A stretch of DNA of 64,000 nucleotides from Phoronis australis (taxonomy: Eukaryota > Animalia > Phoronida), in assembly GCA_002633005.1 (NCBI GenBank), contig NMRA01000102.1, positions 537,067 through 601,066 of the forward strand. Reading direction: 5' to 3'. The stretch's first letter is position 1; every line of letters begins with the position of its first letter. The notes under the pieces were generated by a model. The model did no database searches. It had not been told where the DNA came from and saw only the letters and a program-made list of their open reading frames with translations. The position numbers and the translations under genes are program-made. This document shows positions 11,950 through 24,728 of the stretch, one piece after another.

Positions 11950-13850
11950 TGTTTTTAAATGTTTATTACGAAATCTTCAGAATACAATGAATATATATAC
12001 ATAACCCAGGAAGCGCCAAGAGGCATTAGATCTGGGTTAAAAATACAAAGAAATCTGTATACAATTATTATACACGAATACATAAATTAAAAAACTGATG
12101 TTAAGATTACAATGATATATGATTACGAATGTAAATAATTCATTTTCATTCACATGTATACAATTCTATCCACTCACACAAGAGATTTAATGGTATAAAG
12201 AAATTCTGATACTATTTCGAATAAAACCTTATTTTCATTTGGGTTGAGTTCTTGACATCCATATAGAAAAAAAAAATTTTGTTGTACAATTGCGGAATTT
12301 CGGAATATTTTTTGTAAACATTTGGTTATTCTTCGAGTGTCTGGAAAAGCTGTACCCTCTCCTCCTTGCATACCTCACAAGCAAAGAAAACATGAGGATA
12401 TGTCTGGTTGTCTCCACAGGAACACAGAGGCGAAATATTATTAAAATTATGTCTAAATTTCTCGTTGTTTAGGAATAGACCGCATCTTGATCTGTATACG
12501 GTTATTTCATGGTTGCGAGGAAGTTGGAATGATGTCAATGGGACTGGTAAGTCTTGAGTAGTGGTATGCATTTTAAAGTTATTTTAGAGAGTGCCGATTG
12601 AGGAGCTTTCTTTTATTTTGAATGGTAAGAAATTCCAGTTGTCAATACAACTTAATATCGTTGATCTCCTGAAGGCTTGGCAGATAGAATATGGAATAGT
12701 GTGCATATTACTTTGTCGCAGTACTGGTCTCGTGTTTGGTCTTTTGCAGGAGTCAAAGAGGATTTTTTTAGAGTAATTGTTTATGTTGGTTAAGACTTTG
12801 AATGTATACATGGACAGGTGGAGTTTACGACGGGTTGCTAGTTTGCTCCAGTTGAGACTATTTATAACGTTGGTTGTGTTGGACCCTTTGTATGCCCCTG
12901 CTATGGCTAAAGCTGCTTGGTATTGTAGTCTTTCTAATTGAAGAAGTGTGCCAGCGTTTGCCGATTGGTAGATTATTTCACACTAATCTAGATGTGGAAG
13001 TACAAAAGACTTGAACAGAGTTTCAAGATGCATGGAGTTGAGATGACGAGAGATAATTCTAATTGTAAGCTTATGGTCTAGTAACAAGTCAAGATGTTTG
13101 TGCGTGAACGTATTGGTAATAATTTCCCCATTGAGTGCTAATTCCAGCGTTGGATTTGTTTAGAAATGAGTATCATTAGACTTAGAAAATATAAGATCAA
13201 CACAATTTTCAGGTTTAAATTTCATCTTCCATTTGTAAGACCAGTCATAGTGTTTGTTAAAGTCAGTTTGCAATTGTAAGAAGTCATTGGGATGCTCCTT
13301 TGAGAATGGGTGGAAAATTGAAGTGTCATCAGCATATAAGAATATTTCAAAGTTTATTGTGTCTGGAAGATCATTGATGTACAGTAAAAAGAGTAAGGGG
13401 CCTAGTACGCTACCCTGTGGCACTTACGAAACCTGGCGTTTATGAAGGTGATATGGCACCCTCAATTCGGACTTTGTGAGTTAGATATTCCAGATATGAT
13501 TTTAAAAGTAAGAGGAAAGTGGCTGAGAAACCGTAAGATTGTAATTTATGTAGAAGAAGGTCATGGGGAACGACATCAAAAGCTGACGCAATATCTAAAA
13601 ATACGGATCTCACGTTGTACCCTTGATCAAAGTGGAGGTGGATGTCGTGTACAATTTCTGTAAGTTGGGACCAGGCATGAATGCAAATTGGCGACGATAT
13701 ATGAGGTTTTGTGAAGAGAGGTGTTTTTTTTCTAAAATTTTGGATAAGGTATTTTAACTTAAAAGTAGAGTTATGTGGCGATAGTTGGCAATGTCTGTTT
13801 TGGAGTTCTTTTTGTGTATTGGTATCATAACTATAGTGACGTAACAACCT
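11950..13850 (-). mobile_element. 5'-truncated CR1-like LINE
   Basis: IPIHKK....[55 protein letters not shown], and C-terminal SPLCSCG...TYPHVFFAC. A 3' stem-loop TAACCCAG...CTGGGTTA lies at 12002-12039 and a minus-strand AATAAA at 11962-11967. Confidence 0.92.
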
Positions 13851-13871
13851 TCACCACTGGACTTAATCATT

Positions 13872-14040
13872 TCATTCATGACGTTTCTGCTTGCTATGCC
13901 TGTAGTAGGAGGCATACTCTTTGCATGACATGTCAACTTCACCACAAAAAGAACGTCCTCGTGCTGTGACGCAGTGTTGCATCAGGTTCACTCTTTCCGT
14001 GAAACATTGATCACAGATAGGACACTGAATCGACTTGGTT
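13872..14040 (-). pseudogene. Relic of tandem C2H2 zinc fingers, probably from a DNA transposon
   Basis: CPICDQCFTERVNLMQHC has C2H2 spacing and is followed by a degenerate second finger (..CKEYASYYRH...H). It is cut off by the LINE at about 13850. Confidence 0.4.
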
Positions 14041-15653
14041 CCTGAGCACGATGCTTCATGCTGAGTTTTACTATATTGGTAAAAAAGTCTTGACGCATGC
14101 AACTCGTCAATCACAGGGCTGGTAAAGGTCTTGCTTTGTTGTAGTGTCACTGTATTTTATTGCCACTTGGACATACTAAGTCGATTTCTAAGTTCCTGAC
14201 CGAGGTTCCACAACACACACACAAATTCCGTTGTGACATGCAGCAGTTGTACTACTCTTATTTTGAAGGCGTGGACGTTAACACCCTAAAGGACTCGTCG
14301 TGTGGCTACAGTTCAACTGAAAGAATCAAACACATTCAGTTATGTTTGTGAGGCTAAATCTTAATTAGCAATTATAGAAATTGAACATGGCTTAAACAAG
14401 GCAAGTTTAACTATTGTAAACGAAACAGTGATATCTTTGGTTAGGATTGTGAGTTGTGAGTTGAATAAAATGTGAAATGTCACTCCATGAGATATTAAGG
14501 AAATGAATGGAACAATACCTCAAGGTTTCTTCAGGTGATATGCTTCTATGACCAGTCTGGGACTCTTCCAAAGAAGGTTGTACAGGGGGTTTGTCTAAAC
14601 CATTCATTCTGAAAGTGCACATGACAAAGGAGGGTTTGAATATTACAATTTGACTCGTTTTACCAGGAGCAATCACAAGATTTAAGAATGTACTTTCAGT
14701 CAATTTGTCACACTTTTACGCTTGAAACAACTTTGATTTAAGTACCAGAAGGCAAAATTTGTACCTGAGAAAGCATCATTCTAAACTGACAGCGACTTAA
14801 GAGACTTATAATTGATGAAAATTCAGGCTTACATTAGAGCCCACAGCCTAATCTCTGTATTCGAAAATTGAGCGATTCCATGATATGAGCAAACATAAAG
14901 CTTTGCACTCCAATCACGCGATTGGCTAATTTTTTGAGGTTGTGGGTTCAAGTAATGTACCTGGACCATGCAGACTGCAAGTAACCATTTTCTCCTAACC
15001 TGCACAGTCTAAGATGGAAATACAGAGAAAAGTGGCCATAAATAACTGAATAAGTTTGGCACACCTATTCTTTATGATCGACATATGTCCCGAATAATAG
15101 ATAAATGATACGTGCGTTGCAAGCTCGTTACCAGAGATGAAAAGGAGGCCGAGGTAGGCGATATAAGGTCATTTATTATGACTAGTACAATTACAATAAA
15201 ATGAATACAGGTAAATAACGTATAATAGGTAATCTCTGGTAAGATGAACAACAAAAAGCGTCAAAAAGATGTTGTAAGACAGTTCATACCCATCCGCAGG
15301 GACACACGAAGGGAGAGAAATGAATGAAAATTGTGCAGGACTACTTACAAACAGGGATTCATCCAGGATTTCGAAAATAGGATGTCCAAAATGGAGTTTC
15401 CAATATTTCAGGGTGTCCGTGATGCCCACGACGCATTACCCCTACCACCGTGCACCAGCAACCACCCCCACAGTGATTTTTTTTACAAAAATACGTTTAC
15501 ATCTGCATTTTCAAAAGAACCCCGGTAGCGAGCTTTTTTACTAAAAAACTGCTTAGTCCTAGACTGTTACGTCTAAGTTTACGAATACAGCCAAGCAGCG
15601 TACCAGGCAATTATTAGTCAGAGATATTTTTGAAGGATGAGTGCAATTCGCAG

Positions 15654-17878
15654 ATGATGTGTGGTTTATATTTTGGCAACATGTGTCGCTGCTGTTTCAT
15701 ATTAAAACATGAAACACTGTCTTGTTTGAGTTATTTATATTAGGTTTGTATAAACCCTACTTCAAACATATCAGTGTGATGTTTTTATTCTAATGTATCA
15801 GTGCTTTGGTGGATGTTCTGTTGAGCAAGGAACAGTTTTCATATAACTAATTTTCATGTGAAAAATATCAACTGTCTTACATTTGTAATATAACTGCAAG
15901 CTAACTCCAACTGCTAGTTGAAATTCTGCATGTATCATTTTGGTGTGGGGAGCAATCACGATTTACAAAAACCTTATTTTGAGTTTTTGCCGTTGTACGA
16001 TTCCATCTGTCGATTCAATGTCGCTGTTTCAGATTCATATATAAAGGTCTGAGTTTTCAGTGTAGAGGTCTCAGAATAAATTTTAAACTGAATATCTTCT
16101 TACAAATGCCACTATTGTCATCTTGCAGGGATTCAGAGCTGTTGTTCACCCTTGTCCTTATCTTCTTTGTCACCTGCATCCTCACAATCTGGATCAAAGG
16201 TTTGTGTCTGCTCTTGTAAAGACTCTATGCTCTATTGGAATTTAAAGTAGATATAAGCATGCCTTCTGTCACGAAAACCAACTTTTCACTTAGACCATGT
16301 ATCATTAGTATGATATCGATCTCGAATTGTTCCTTGATTAAAATAGTTGTGAATTTTGGGCTTGAAAATCTCCAGCGATTTGTTCCTACTTAAGTGTCAT
16401 TAGGTTACGTGTCACAGCATGCCATTTCATTGACCTGACATGGTCACAACCATAATGAACTGACACTTATTTGCAAGACAGTAATTGCCACAGTAATTGT
16501 TCTGTGAAAAATGCAACTTTATTGTCTCTCAAAGTTGGTTTCTTATTGCTTATTAAAAGACGAAAATAGTATGACCATTGTTTGGGCTTAATAAAACAGT
16601 TGTGTGGTAACGTTATATTCGTGCAACGGCTGCTCTGAGTAGCACTTGGGCCATAACCATGTTGCCATGAGTTCAATTTCCAGTCTTAGAAATCTAGGAT
16701 CCACAATATGTGCATTAGTTCTTACATCATCTTGTTAACTTGCAGCCTCTCACACTTGTTGATGCTAGCATTCCGTTGGTGGTATAGATACAGTTATCAT
16801 TACTTGTACCCAATGGTGGTTTTCTTTGCACTGTATTTTTGGTTTTAGTGTTTCAGTGCTCAATTATATTGTAACTTTTCACAATATTTTACACTTACAG
16901 GCCACACAGGTACTTCAGGCAGAAATCCAAGGACTATGCTGTCAAGGATTAAGAAAGGTCTAGACTCCACTGCCAACGGTGTCCATAATTAGCAGATGCT
17001 TGAGAGAAAAACAAGGCGTGCACAAACTTGACACATGACTTCCAGGGGCCACCAAGTTCATTGCCTTGACATTAATGGTCTTGGGATGACAAGAAATGTT
17101 ATTTGATCTATCAAAAGAAACTATCGCTGCTTCAGTGAACATTTGACACTAATTTTAAAGTTACCTTTGCTCAGTAGCTTGACGTGGATATAGACTGTTG
17201 TCATTACAACAGGACACGGCTATATTTTTCATCTTATTCATTTACCGTATAGCATATAAGTCTGACATTTTACTTTTTATATATGTAAACCAACAATACT
17301 TGATCACTCTTTGCCTACATGCGACTCCAAAACAGTGATAGAGTACCAGCTTTGTAATTGAAGTGTTCATGTAGCTTTGTTCAGGTTGAGTCTATCAACT
17401 TGCATCATCTGTTTTTGTTGATCCACGTGGTTGTGTGAATTGACTATGTAATTAAAATAAATGTGTCCATAACTTCAAGCATATTTCGATTAATAACATG
17501 TCATGCAGCAACTCTTGTTTGCATTTACATTTCTGTTAGTGAAATGCCTTTGATGTTGTGAAAGTTAAACTTTGGCACTGAAAATCCATTCTGTTCGTTA
17601 ATGGGATTGTGTCATTGTTGTTAAAGCTGCTATAAACCTGCCTTCCTTCAATTAAACCAAATCTTGATTTTGACTATTTATTGTCTCGACCCATTCCTTA
17701 CTCAAGGTACCAAGTGCTTCCTGGAATTAGAAGGAACTGGCAGTTCGTTATAGCTCAAGACTCACTTAATTCAATTTGGCTTGAAACAGCATGTCATTTT
17801 CTGTCGTTATCATTTTCTGTAGGTGAATTTGTTACAAACCAAGAAACCCATCCTCACCAGGGTAAAGAAATTTACTGA
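15654..17878 (+). other. Candidate spliced small single-pass membrane protein (about 61 aa)
   Basis: Phase-compatible AG/GT-bounded segments 15654-15658, 16129-16199, 16901-16957 and 17823-17878 give MMDSELLFTLVLIFFVTCILTIWIKGHTGTSGRNPRTMLSRIKKGEFVTNQETHPHQGKEIY*. AATAAA at 18051-18056. Two donors (GTGTGG, GTCTAG) are weak. Confidence 0.25.
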
Positions 17879-18418
17879 TAGGAGGTCTGATACAGAAAAT
17901 GGTGTAAATTAAAAGTTACTTTATTGTTGATGGAATGTTGTTTTGTAGCAACTTTACTAATTCTGTTTCATTACATTTAAGTCCTCATCCGATTTTCAGT
18001 ATGAATCTAAGAAATGGTATTGGGCATAAATTTTGTTTATTAGTACCATAAATAAATCACATTTATCTGAGTTCTAAGTAGTCGACAAAAAAAATATATG
18101 CATTAGACACATAAAATACGGTGCCTGAGTAAATAACATAATTTGTTTGACTGCAAGCAAAGTAGATACAGCAATACGATTTGTGACATAACCCTTGTAT
18201 TGCGAAAACATGTTGAGGTAGCGCCTTTTGTTGTATTTGGTACCTTTGTCGAAGGCCAGCACATCATTACAGTAGACTCTTGCCAGTTCCTCACTTATGA
18301 CGAAAAAACCAAAAGTCCTGAATCAAAAATAAAATATTCTTCATAGTCATGTATAAGAGAAAAAAATACTTCAATAACTAGTGTACTTCAAAAGCTGAAT
18401 ACCTTATAGAATCCGAAC

Positions 18419-18587
18419 AGTTTGTCCCGTCAGCACGCCATCTTTTTGGTCACATCACGTGACGTAATGAACATAAGTCCGAAAAGATTTCTGCCCTTGA
18501 CGGGGTCAGAGGCAGAAATCTTTGCTGACTGATATTCATTAGGTCACGTGATGTGACCAAAAAGATGACGTGCTGACTGGACAAACT
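18419..18587. mobile_element. 169-bp palindromic MITE
   Basis: Arms of about 83 bp (AGTTTGTCC..GTCAGCACG..CATCTTTTTGGTCACATCACGTGAC.. and its reverse complement) around a 3-nt loop at about 18502-18504, with scattered mismatches. Confidence 0.85.
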
Positions 18588-18749
18588 ATTTGCAACATTT
18601 TTCCATGCCTTACTGAAAAAGATATATTTGTACAAACCTTATAGAATGTAATGTTGGCAATCCAATGTCACGGCTGTTTTGATATTCATACTTAAATTTC
18701 AGACAAACACTCAACAAAACTCAAATAAGGAATGCATTTTATTGTGTTT

Positions 18750-19809
18750 TGTTTATTTTGACTATAACCAATAATCCAAACATCATTTATGAGTCATTCG
18801 TTGAAAAAGGTATAATATTCGTGAACGATTTCTTAGACTGGAATGGTAACTTCTACACCTTTGAAAGTTTCCAGACGATTCATCAGATTAATGTCAGCTT
18901 TCTCAAATATTATTCAATTGTCAGTGCAATAAAACAATACCTGAAAACGTTTTCCAAAAACTTAATACTAAAAAAGGTATATGGACCACTTGTACCTTTT
19001 TCCCTAAAATATTATTTTGACGAAAAAGGGGTGTCGGGATTCTTACCATATTCTGTGCAAAAATGACATAATACCATCGGCTCAAAAGAAATTCGAAGTA
19101 TTGGGATTTTCACTATCAGAGAAGATGTGGAACTTCTATTACAAACTTCCACATGAATGTACGAATGACACAAGCTTACTTTTCTTTCAGTTCCGCTTAC
19201 CGAATAGAATTCTTCCTACTAACTACTTTTTAAATAAGTTTTAATACGTGGACTCAAATGCTTGTACTTTTTGTAAATGCTTTCCCGAAACTCTAGAACA
19301 CTTATTCTTTGAATGTGAATATGTTAATTCTTTCTGGCACGGGGTACGTCTCTGGTTAACGACTGCAATGCAAGTAAATTTTGAAATAGACAAAACCATC
19401 ATAATATTTGGTCTTCAAAATGAAAAGAATAGAATTTTGAATTGGTTTCTTTTACAAACTAAAATTTTCATTTTAAAAAGGAAATTTGCTAACGTCAAAC
19501 CTAATTTAGGAAGTCTTAAAAATTTTTGAATGAGTGTTTTAATGTAGAAGTTAGTGCTTCATTAAACACATGGAAATTTAATGATACAAAAAATGGGAAG
19601 ATTGGAAATGTGTTTTTGAAACATGAGGGGACCCAGAGAGTTGACCAGATGCCAGAACAGAAACTTAAGTAGTACTTTTTTACTTCGAAGTAACAATGAA
19701 AGTTTCTCGTTATTATTATGCGCAGCTCTGTACGTTGTTGTGTTGTGTTGTGTGTGTATTTGTATATGTATTTGTCTTTTGTAATAAATGTATTAATTGT
19801 AAAAAAAAA
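18750..19809 (+). mobile_element. 3' fragment of an L1/Tx1-clade LINE
   Basis: KGIIFVNDFLD.NG.F, FQFRL.NRILPTN.FL.K and the zf-RVT-like CTFCKCFPETLEHLFFEC..V..FW. It ends with AATAAA (19783-19788) and an A-run (19801-19809). Confidence 0.88.
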
Positions 19810-21299
19810 TCCAAACATAGTCTTTAATGAATATTCATATCACAGGTGTACTGTCAGGGCCGTAATAATGTTTCCACTTTACAATTGCCAAGTAAAGGTT
19901 TAGTCCAGTAATCATAAATACATAACAGCCTGGAAATATCTTGTTCAAATTTTCTAATTAAATAACAGTTATGATCATAGTTTCAGATAATTTATTTATT
20001 TGGTAAATTGAATTTTAGGTATTTGTCTTAAACATTTATGTTGATTGCGAGACCAAATCTCTGTTTTAAGTCACTTTTCATGAAACAGACCCCTGAGACG
20101 CTGGTACTTAAATTATGTAATCACAATTATCGTACTGCTCCTCTCCCTCCGCAGTCACCACCACTTTCTAGAGGCACATAAAGCGACGAAACGGGGGCCC
20201 CTGTTTCATGCATATCCCTATGCTTATCTTTAGGTCTGTGCTTTCCGCGCTTGCAACAAATTTTGAATCACACCCGCGAGGACAAGATGTGGACCATGTT
20301 TTGTACAGGGCCCCAACCAGTAGCTTATTCAGCTAAATTGAGCATAAGGACTGCATACAGTAATAAATGTGAATAAATTAGTGTATACCAAAACCCCTGT
20401 CAGTATTCCCAAATAACACACTCTCAGCCTATGCCAATTTGCTTATTGGGTGTTCAATTGACACAACAAAAATGAGATGACTACGTTTGTCACAATTCAA
20501 TTTTAGATAGTTGTATCTATTGCTAACTGTTACAGATTCAAGGGTGCATTGACAAAACTAAGCACCATTATGAAGTGAAACAACCCTCTGACACAGACGT
20601 CCACACATGTGGATCTAGGATGTTGCAGGGGGAGGGGGGGGGAGTAGCCAGAGCTTTGGAAGAAAATGATAAAAGCTTATTCCAAGATGTCAGCAGTGTT
20701 TTCTTTCACAGAGTCACATGTGTGCATAGTGAGGGTGGTTAACTGGCATAAGCAAAATACTGGTGACAGGTTACTTCTTATAGATCTTTTCACTGTAGTG
20801 GACACTGCTCCGCATCTGCCTCAGGTACACCCTGATGACAATCACAGCTGGTGATACTCACCACTCCAGTGCGTATGGACACAGCAAGTTGAATACAGTG
20901 TCCTCATCCTCAGATATACTTATGTGAGGATGAAAAAACAAATCACATTAATTTTGAGTTGTATTTTAAAATGACCTCAACATGAAGGGGAATGTTGTTT
21001 AAACAACATTCTTATAGGTGTCAGCATAGCTGTTAACTGGTTGTTGTTCTTCAAAAAGCCAGAGGTCCATTACGAATGAAGTTTTAAGACAGTATAATTT
21101 TCAGCATTTCATGTGGCATACTTTAGTGATACATAATAAATGTATTTTATTACAGGTTTTCAGTTTTGTTACCTATTAAACTTGTGTGTGATTACTGATG
21201 AAAGAAAACAATAAGAGTGACTTGATAACACAAAAGTTATGTAGAACCGGTTCTATTGCGTTAAGAAACGAGTGTTTCTTGCCTTGAATTCCAAGCATA

Positions 21300-23514
21300 C
21301 CTGCATGTGAAGAGACCGAACATCAATTGCCACCTATGCCTTTTCCTCTGCGCATGGCTCAGTACTCTAATTATGTTGTCACTTTTGCTTGAGTATTGTT
21401 ATTGTTGGTGAAGTGGTGATGCACACTACGATGAACCTTTAAAAACGTGGTAATCATACAAAATGAGCAGTACGTAGATAACATTGATCAACACAGTCCA
21501 TAGAATACACATTTTCGCAAAAGTGTGAGTGTACCTGAAATTTAAACTGCAGTGTTTTAGCTGTTTCCAGACTCAATAGGTTGAGTTCCTGCGTTAACTT
21601 GCCAATACTGATGCTAGGAGTCTGATAACAGCCGACATTCAAGGGGGATAGATGATTTTCGAAGCATTCTTTAGGTCTTCTGCCATGTAAACTGATGGAT
21701 TGTGTTCTTGATAAAGTGAGTCTGCAAGGACCTAGTCGCACACTCAAATTCCAAGGAAGGTTACATAAGATAAAAGCAAGCACTTTCATTAACCTTCCCC
21801 TGTCCCTAGCCCTTCATTTACCCAATCGAGACCATACCACTAATAATACAAGATGTAACCTGCTCATTAATGTTACTGATCTCCCTTTCGCTATACCCTT
21901 TTGTCTTTGAGAACGTCTCATTCATACTATATTGTCCTGTAATGATGTGATCACTCTCAGTGTCCTGCAATTTGAGAACCAGCTTTCTCAACTGAATAAC
22001 GGGCATCAAATTTGTTGCGTCCCACTCCCACGCATGGTTTTGTGTGATCTCACTTTTCTCGCAACAAGCTTCAATCTACCAGCACTTCCCAAGTTTGCTT
22101 GCATTCAACCCGAGGCTGTCATCGCTGATCCAGTGGTTTATGTTCAAGTGGATTAGGTAGATGACTAGTCTGTGGTGGATTTAGAGGGGGGCAAGGGAGC
22201 CATGGCCTCCCTAAAATTCTCCCAGATCCCGTTTGGCAGTTCGGGGGTGCATATGTTTGGCTAACTAAATCCTGACTAATACTCTGCCCTGTCCCCATCT
22301 CAAAATCCTGGATCTGCCCCTGCTAGTAGAACATACTAGTACAGTATAGAGTCCCTGGTGATAGACGATGCTTTTCTTATGACAATGAAGAACCACAACC
22401 CATGACCATTGAGTGACAAACAGGGTCTATTAACCTTGCACTCAGTTTCAGTCACAACATTGTTAGACCTTGGGCTAGGGCTAGGGTAGCCTTGGTACAA
22501 AGCTGTATACTAACTATACTACCCTGGCTGTGTGCAATTTCGGGGCCTACGGAAGAAAAACACAGTGGTACCTAGCTGTATTTTGACGATAGTCTTCATA
22601 CAGCTAGCTGGATGGCTAGGGCCACAGGCGTACTCAGCTTCTGTTCGTCCACAATACACTATATAATACTACAAGGTATGACACTCCCGACTAGAAATTC
22701 CACGGGTGCATGCTTCAGTTCAACCGTCCATAGCAAACACAAAACTCAATAAATTTACACAAAACAGATGTTCAACAAACCATGAGAAATTGTTCTTTCT
22801 CCCAATACCATTTACGGTGTCCTGGAACCGCATCAAAGTCTACAATAAGAGGAAAGTGGCGGAAAATCCATAATCAGCACCTTACTGGAACAATTAGTCA
22901 AGGTGTTCAGCGTGAGCTTCTGAGGTGGAGGGCTGAGCATATATGAGTGTGCCCAACATGTTATGACGTCGACTCTGCACCCAGATAACCCAACAATTTT
23001 GAATGTGTTCCCTATGGAATACGCCAGGCTGCTACCAGTGCAGACAACTGGTTTGTGCAGTAGGTGTTACACAAGTAAGAAAAGCTAAGAAAGCAAGACA
23101 ATTCTTCACTACCACAACACTGTATTCCATTCTGATGCTCCCTCACATATAATTTCAGTTGACGTACATTGACAACAAAGTATATGCAGAAGGCAGAGCC
23201 TGTGTAGTAGCCTACACTGCAGACGACAGAGGCAACAAGACTACGATGGACGTGTCTTCCAACCGTGAACAGAACACACAAAATGAAAGACAACGTATCA
23301 TATTATCAAATAACAAATAATCATTACCTTTCTGGATCTTCATGAAACGTAAAAAATGACACGCTTTGGGTTTTCGTGAATGAACTAGTACAATTTAAGG
23401 CACTGCAAAATGCTCCCTTCTCCATTGTTCCCGCGCTTCCTACTTGACCGTTGCTTATTCACCACTTGGCGGCGCTACTCACAAGTGAACTCTTCTATAA
23501 TACTACACTCCTTG
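21300..23514 (-). mobile_element. THAP-domain DNA transposon relic, P-element superfamily-like
   Basis: Exon 23425-23328 encodes MEKGAFCSALNCTSS...VSFFTFHEDPER followed by a GT donor. Degenerate ICSA.H (about 22930-22945) and DAVP (about 22825-22836) follow. The element begins CAAGGAGTGTAGTA 89 bp upstream of the ATG. The left boundary was not found and is approximate. Confidence 0.6.
22170..22322. mobile_element. 153-bp CAG-type MITE with 5-bp TSD
   Basis: Imperfect TIRs CTGTGGTGGATTTAG and CTGGATCTGCCCCTG, flanked on both sides by CTAGT (22165-22169 and 22323-22327). Confidence 0.65.
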
Positions 23515-23560
23515 CTCCCACTGAACCATTAATGTTAGTTCTTCAGTGGTGGCAGTTATG

Positions 23561-23843
23561 TTTTATGCGCCTATAGCCTCTAGCAACTTAGATGGACGGA
23601 TTCAACTAATGTTATGCCTTCTAATAGCAATTTTTTGTGTCTGCCCCTGCATGTTTAGAATTCCTTGGTGGATTTTCATGAAATTTGACAAACAGTTTAT
23701 TTAATAAAGAGGCGATACTGCCCAAGTATCAAACGGGTTTGACGTATTATGCACCATTACCGAATGGCCATTTTTATGATACTTAAGCAATAGAAGCCCA
23801 TCATTTGCGTGGGCGCATTTCAACGTTCTGGGTTGCTCTTTTT
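23561..23843 (+). mobile_element. Short Helentron-associated (DINE-1/HINE-like) element
   Basis: Starts TTTTATGCGCC, contains the GGATTTTCATGAAATTTG core and has the 3' sub-TIR GTGGGCGCAT (23809-23818) before a T-run. These signatures are shared with the copies at 41.0-42.4 kb and 44.9-51.7 kb. Confidence 0.55.
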
Positions 23844-24503
23844 ATCATTTGCAAGTTTTTGTGGCGTCCACCTTTTCATCTGCTAATCGGAGCCAAAGAC
23901 CATTAAGAAAATTGACAGTTAATTGTATATCCGCTGAGAAAGCCAAAACTGGCGTTGATTTGCGGACGGGACGGATTACTTTGGCGCACCCTAGTGGCAA
24001 TTTCGTTTGTAGTCTTTTGCGTTCACAGCTGTTTCTCATTAAACCCTTGCAGGAACTTTCTGAAATTTGGAAAGTGTTTTTCTATGATTGTGATAACGGG
24101 TGACCACGGCTTTCGAGTGAAACTGACTTCCTCTGTGTCTCCTTGTGGCAATTTTATCTGTTTACGTTCGCCTCTGTAGCTTCATATGTCTTTGACAGAA
24201 TATCATGGAATTTGGCAAATATGTTTCTATTACGAAGACAATGCCACCTTTTATGTTTGGACGGCTTATGCGTATTATGTGCCACTTATCAAACATTTAC
24301 ACGTTACTTTATGGGCGGAGCGGCACTGAAAAAAGTGGGGGCTACTGTCCCCCAGCCCCTTGTGGTGCACTCGACGTTATTCCGCGTATCGACCCCGACC
24401 TTCGGTCTCGGTCGATATGCGAAATAATGTCTCATGGGATATTACTTCATCTACGCCACTCTTGGTACGTTTTGTGTATGTATCTTGTTTCCTCTCCTTC
24501 CAG

Positions 24504-24728
24504 AAGGTCACGTGAGTAGACTGATTTTTTATTGTTTCGTGTCTGGCACTGAGACTACAACAACATTCTTGCGTTGGGCATTAGTCTACATGTTGAACTA
24601 TCCCGATATTCAAGAAAAAGTTCGGACAGAAGTCTACAGCTCTGTTGGCAAAGACAGGCTTCCATGTTTAGCGGATAAGATCCGCTTACCTTATACGCAA
24701 GCTGTGATCGCCGAAGTACTCCGTACTG
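24504..24728 (+). pseudogene. Cytochrome P450 (CYP2 clan) exon: I-helix to K-helix
   Basis: Pyrimidine-rich CAG acceptor, then FVSGTETTTTFLRWALVYMLNYPDIQEKV...LPYTQAVIAEVLR (AGxETT-like and ExxR), then donor G|GTAATA. Confidence 0.92.

Noticed and set aside
15169-15544. Overlapping short ORFs as a divergent gene
   Set aside because: The region contains a MITE-like end (CAGGGATTCATCCAGGATTT at 15352) and no recognisable protein motif.
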